Assembly (NCBI GenBank): GCA_024137785.1
Contig: JAHRHZ010000085.1
Coordinates: 2,529,488-2,575,106 of the forward strand
Reading direction: 5' to 3'
DNA from: Ginglymostoma cirratum
Taxonomy: Eukaryota
DNA: 45,619 bases
Below the pieces are notes generated by a model, which was not told the DNA's origin, searched no databases, and saw nothing but the letters and a program-made list of their open reading frames with translations. The position numbers and the translations under genes are program-made. Shown in pieces: positions 43,183 to 45,619 of the stretch; the stretch's first letter is position 1; every line of letters begins with the position of its first letter.

Positions 43183-45264
43183 ATGAACCCACTATCTATG
43201 ACTTCACCTATATCTCTTATCTTCTGACAGGCATCCATCTCTATTAAAACCCCTGATTATTTCTTTTATGGCAACCTAAAAAATGAAGCAATTTACTTAC
43301 AGTTATCCAATTTACTGTCAATGATGGGAACAGTTTCCTCCATCTGCTCTATCCAGACTTCTCATTATGTTGAACATTGTACCAGATTCCCACTTGACCC
43401 ACTTCTCTACATGCAGAACAATCCCAAGCTCACCAACATATCCTCATAACTGAAGTTTCTCAACTCTGCAACATGCCTTGTAACTCTTGTTTACAATCTC
43501 TCCGTTGCATTCACATCTTCATATAATGTGTTTTCCAGAAATGACTACCATTGTCTGGCTGAAGTCTAATGCATGTTTTCTGTATGTTCATGTATTTATG
43601 TGCTGAGTATGTTCAGCATAAGCTCCTTGCTCTTGCATGCTATTCCTCCATTTGTAAATACCAGAATACTCTCTACAAGCGGCTATGGATGAAAATATTT
43701 TGTCACAAATTTTTAGCATCTGATCTTGTCCTGCTAGACTGTCATAGAATGATGGGTCGAAATCCCTGGTGTGTCAAGAATGCCACATTGGCCTCAAATG
43801 AGTGGATGATGGGCAACAATTTAGTGAACATATTTTGACAGTAATATTTTGCAAGCAGATTGTCAGCCATTAATTGAAACCAATAAAACAGAAAAAGCAT
43901 GGATTCATGAAACATTGTTGAAAAAAAGTAACTCTTTGAACAATTTTTTAAGCTAAATGAAGGCTTGTGAGTGGACAGTCGCTGAATAAAATGCATAAGC
44001 AAAGATATGTATAATAATCACATTGCTTGGATCTTTTAAGCTCATTCTTGTTTTTGTAATTTAGCAGCTGATTTGCAGCCGTTGATAATGAAATTGCTCC
44101 TTTGTGTTTGGTTGTTGACAATAGCTGGGACCCATTCAAATTTGAGCAAAGTGACCTTTTTTTTTGTCTGTTGTGCTGTGCTTTAGCTGTGAACACAGTG
44201 TATAAATTAATTTCATATTTCCTCAAATAACATTGAAGAAAAAGTGTCAAAGAAAGTTCCAGTCTCATCTCAAAACTATCTTTTTCTAATTAACCCAATA
44301 AATGTGCCTACACAAATCCCGAGAAAAGCAACACATTTTTGTACAGAGTCTTTTCTTCTGTTTCAGAAATCCATTGTCCTTTGAATCTACCAGATCAAGG
44401 ACAATTTATATCAGTTTGTCTTCATCTATATATCATCTTTTATGCTGTTCATGTTTATCATCCGTTAAGTTTATTTTCTGAAGTCAAGAGTGAAGTATCC
44501 ATATTGTAATCAACATTTGCTATGTTTGGCTTTGCTAACAAGAAGCACAGCCTTAATCGTCTAAAGTGTCTGTTCCAATCTGCTTCTCGCCAGTGGACAA
44601 ATAGTTTAAATTTGTTTCATCTCAGAATAAACTTCATTTTTAATATGATGAAAATTAGCAGAAGAACTCTGTACGCATCCAGTTCCCTGGAAAACAAAAT
44701 GCTTTTTTTTTCCATCAGTTTGAAATTTAAATGTTTCAGATAAGAAAAATCTTCGACAAAATCGCACTCTGTCATGATCTGAAAAGAGCAATTTATTTCA
44801 AAAGTAAAATGGAATTTGTTTAAATTTACATTGAAAATATTTTTGAATAACTTTTTACTACATTCAGAAAGAAAAATAAAAAATGCCAACTGTGTGAATT
44901 GCCTTTTCTCTCCATAGATACTGCCTGACCCACTGTGATCACCAGCACTTTTTGTTTTCAGTAACTTTTCTTCCTCTTTACCAATGTAAATACAGTGCAG
45001 CAATTGTATGAGCACGGGAGTTCCCCCATATGCAGAGTTCACTGTTTTCACATATGATCATTAGAGCTTTAAAAAGGGTTTAAACACCTATTAAGACGTA
45101 AAACACACATGAAATAAGTTGACTCCCTGTAAGTAGAAGGTGTTTACGTCAATAGCCCATCCAGAGACAATATCTGAGAAATTTGAAAGTTGAGGTGAAG
45201 GTCCAGTGTATTTCCACAGAATGCTCGAGAGACAGGTGAAATTGTAAAGCATTCTCTGCAGTTG

Positions 45265-45368
45265 TCAACTTCTTTTTGGCAGTTTCTTCATCAAGTTCGG
45301 AAAGTGTCCCAATAGTCCAACGGGGAACATGGCCGTGCAGATTGCAACGAAATAAATTACCATTGTAT
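45265..45368 (-). CDS. Candidate terminal TM plus short-tail exon of a third gene (upstream part outside window)
   Basis: ctaacag| phase 1: (D)TMVIYFVAICTAMFPVGLLGHFPNLMKKLPKRS*; hydrophobic run followed by basic residues; AATAAA ~470 nt downstream. Acceptor is weak. Confidence 0.35.
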
Positions 45369-45619
45369 CTGTTAGCTCTTTATTTTCTAAAGAACAAATA
45401 AATATAATTAACTGCTGTTTACATGTTCTCTGATTTTGATAATACTGCTCAATAATATGAAATGCTTGAATCTGTAACTGGAGAGCTGCATGTGAAACAA
45501 TGAAACTTTTCAGACAGATAGGATTTCTGTTTTTTATATCCTTTAATTACCAACATTCAGATCTCTAAACTGGTAAATTTGTGCAGTTGTATGGAACTGC
45601 CCTGTTGAGAATTTAATTC

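Overview
Eukaryotic, AT-rich vertebrate DNA. The repeat content (HE1-type SINEs, CR1/L2 LINEs, many Penelope-like elements) points to a cartilaginous fish, probably a shark (inference). Most of the ORF track is repeat-derived noise; the real genes are spliced. I reconstructed by hand a complete 7-exon minus-strand gene (36104->21377, 356 aa): signal peptide, short V-type Ig, C1-set Ig, TM, and a tail with four tyrosine motifs spaced as in SIRP-alpha. A paralog lies tail-to-tail on the plus strand (840-4314, 3' exons only) and has an in-frame stop after its first ITIM. A possible TM/short-tail terminal exon of a third gene sits at 45265-45368, so this may be a paired inhibitory/activating SIRP-like receptor cluster. 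Mobile DNA includes a Gmr1-type Gypsy relic (integrase upstream of RT), an old class III-like endogenous retrovirus with two LTRs inside an intron, several Penelope copies whose tails carry minimal hammerhead-ribozyme motifs, and short fold-back derivatives of those tails. Exon coordinates were counted at splice sites; repeat boundaries are approximate.
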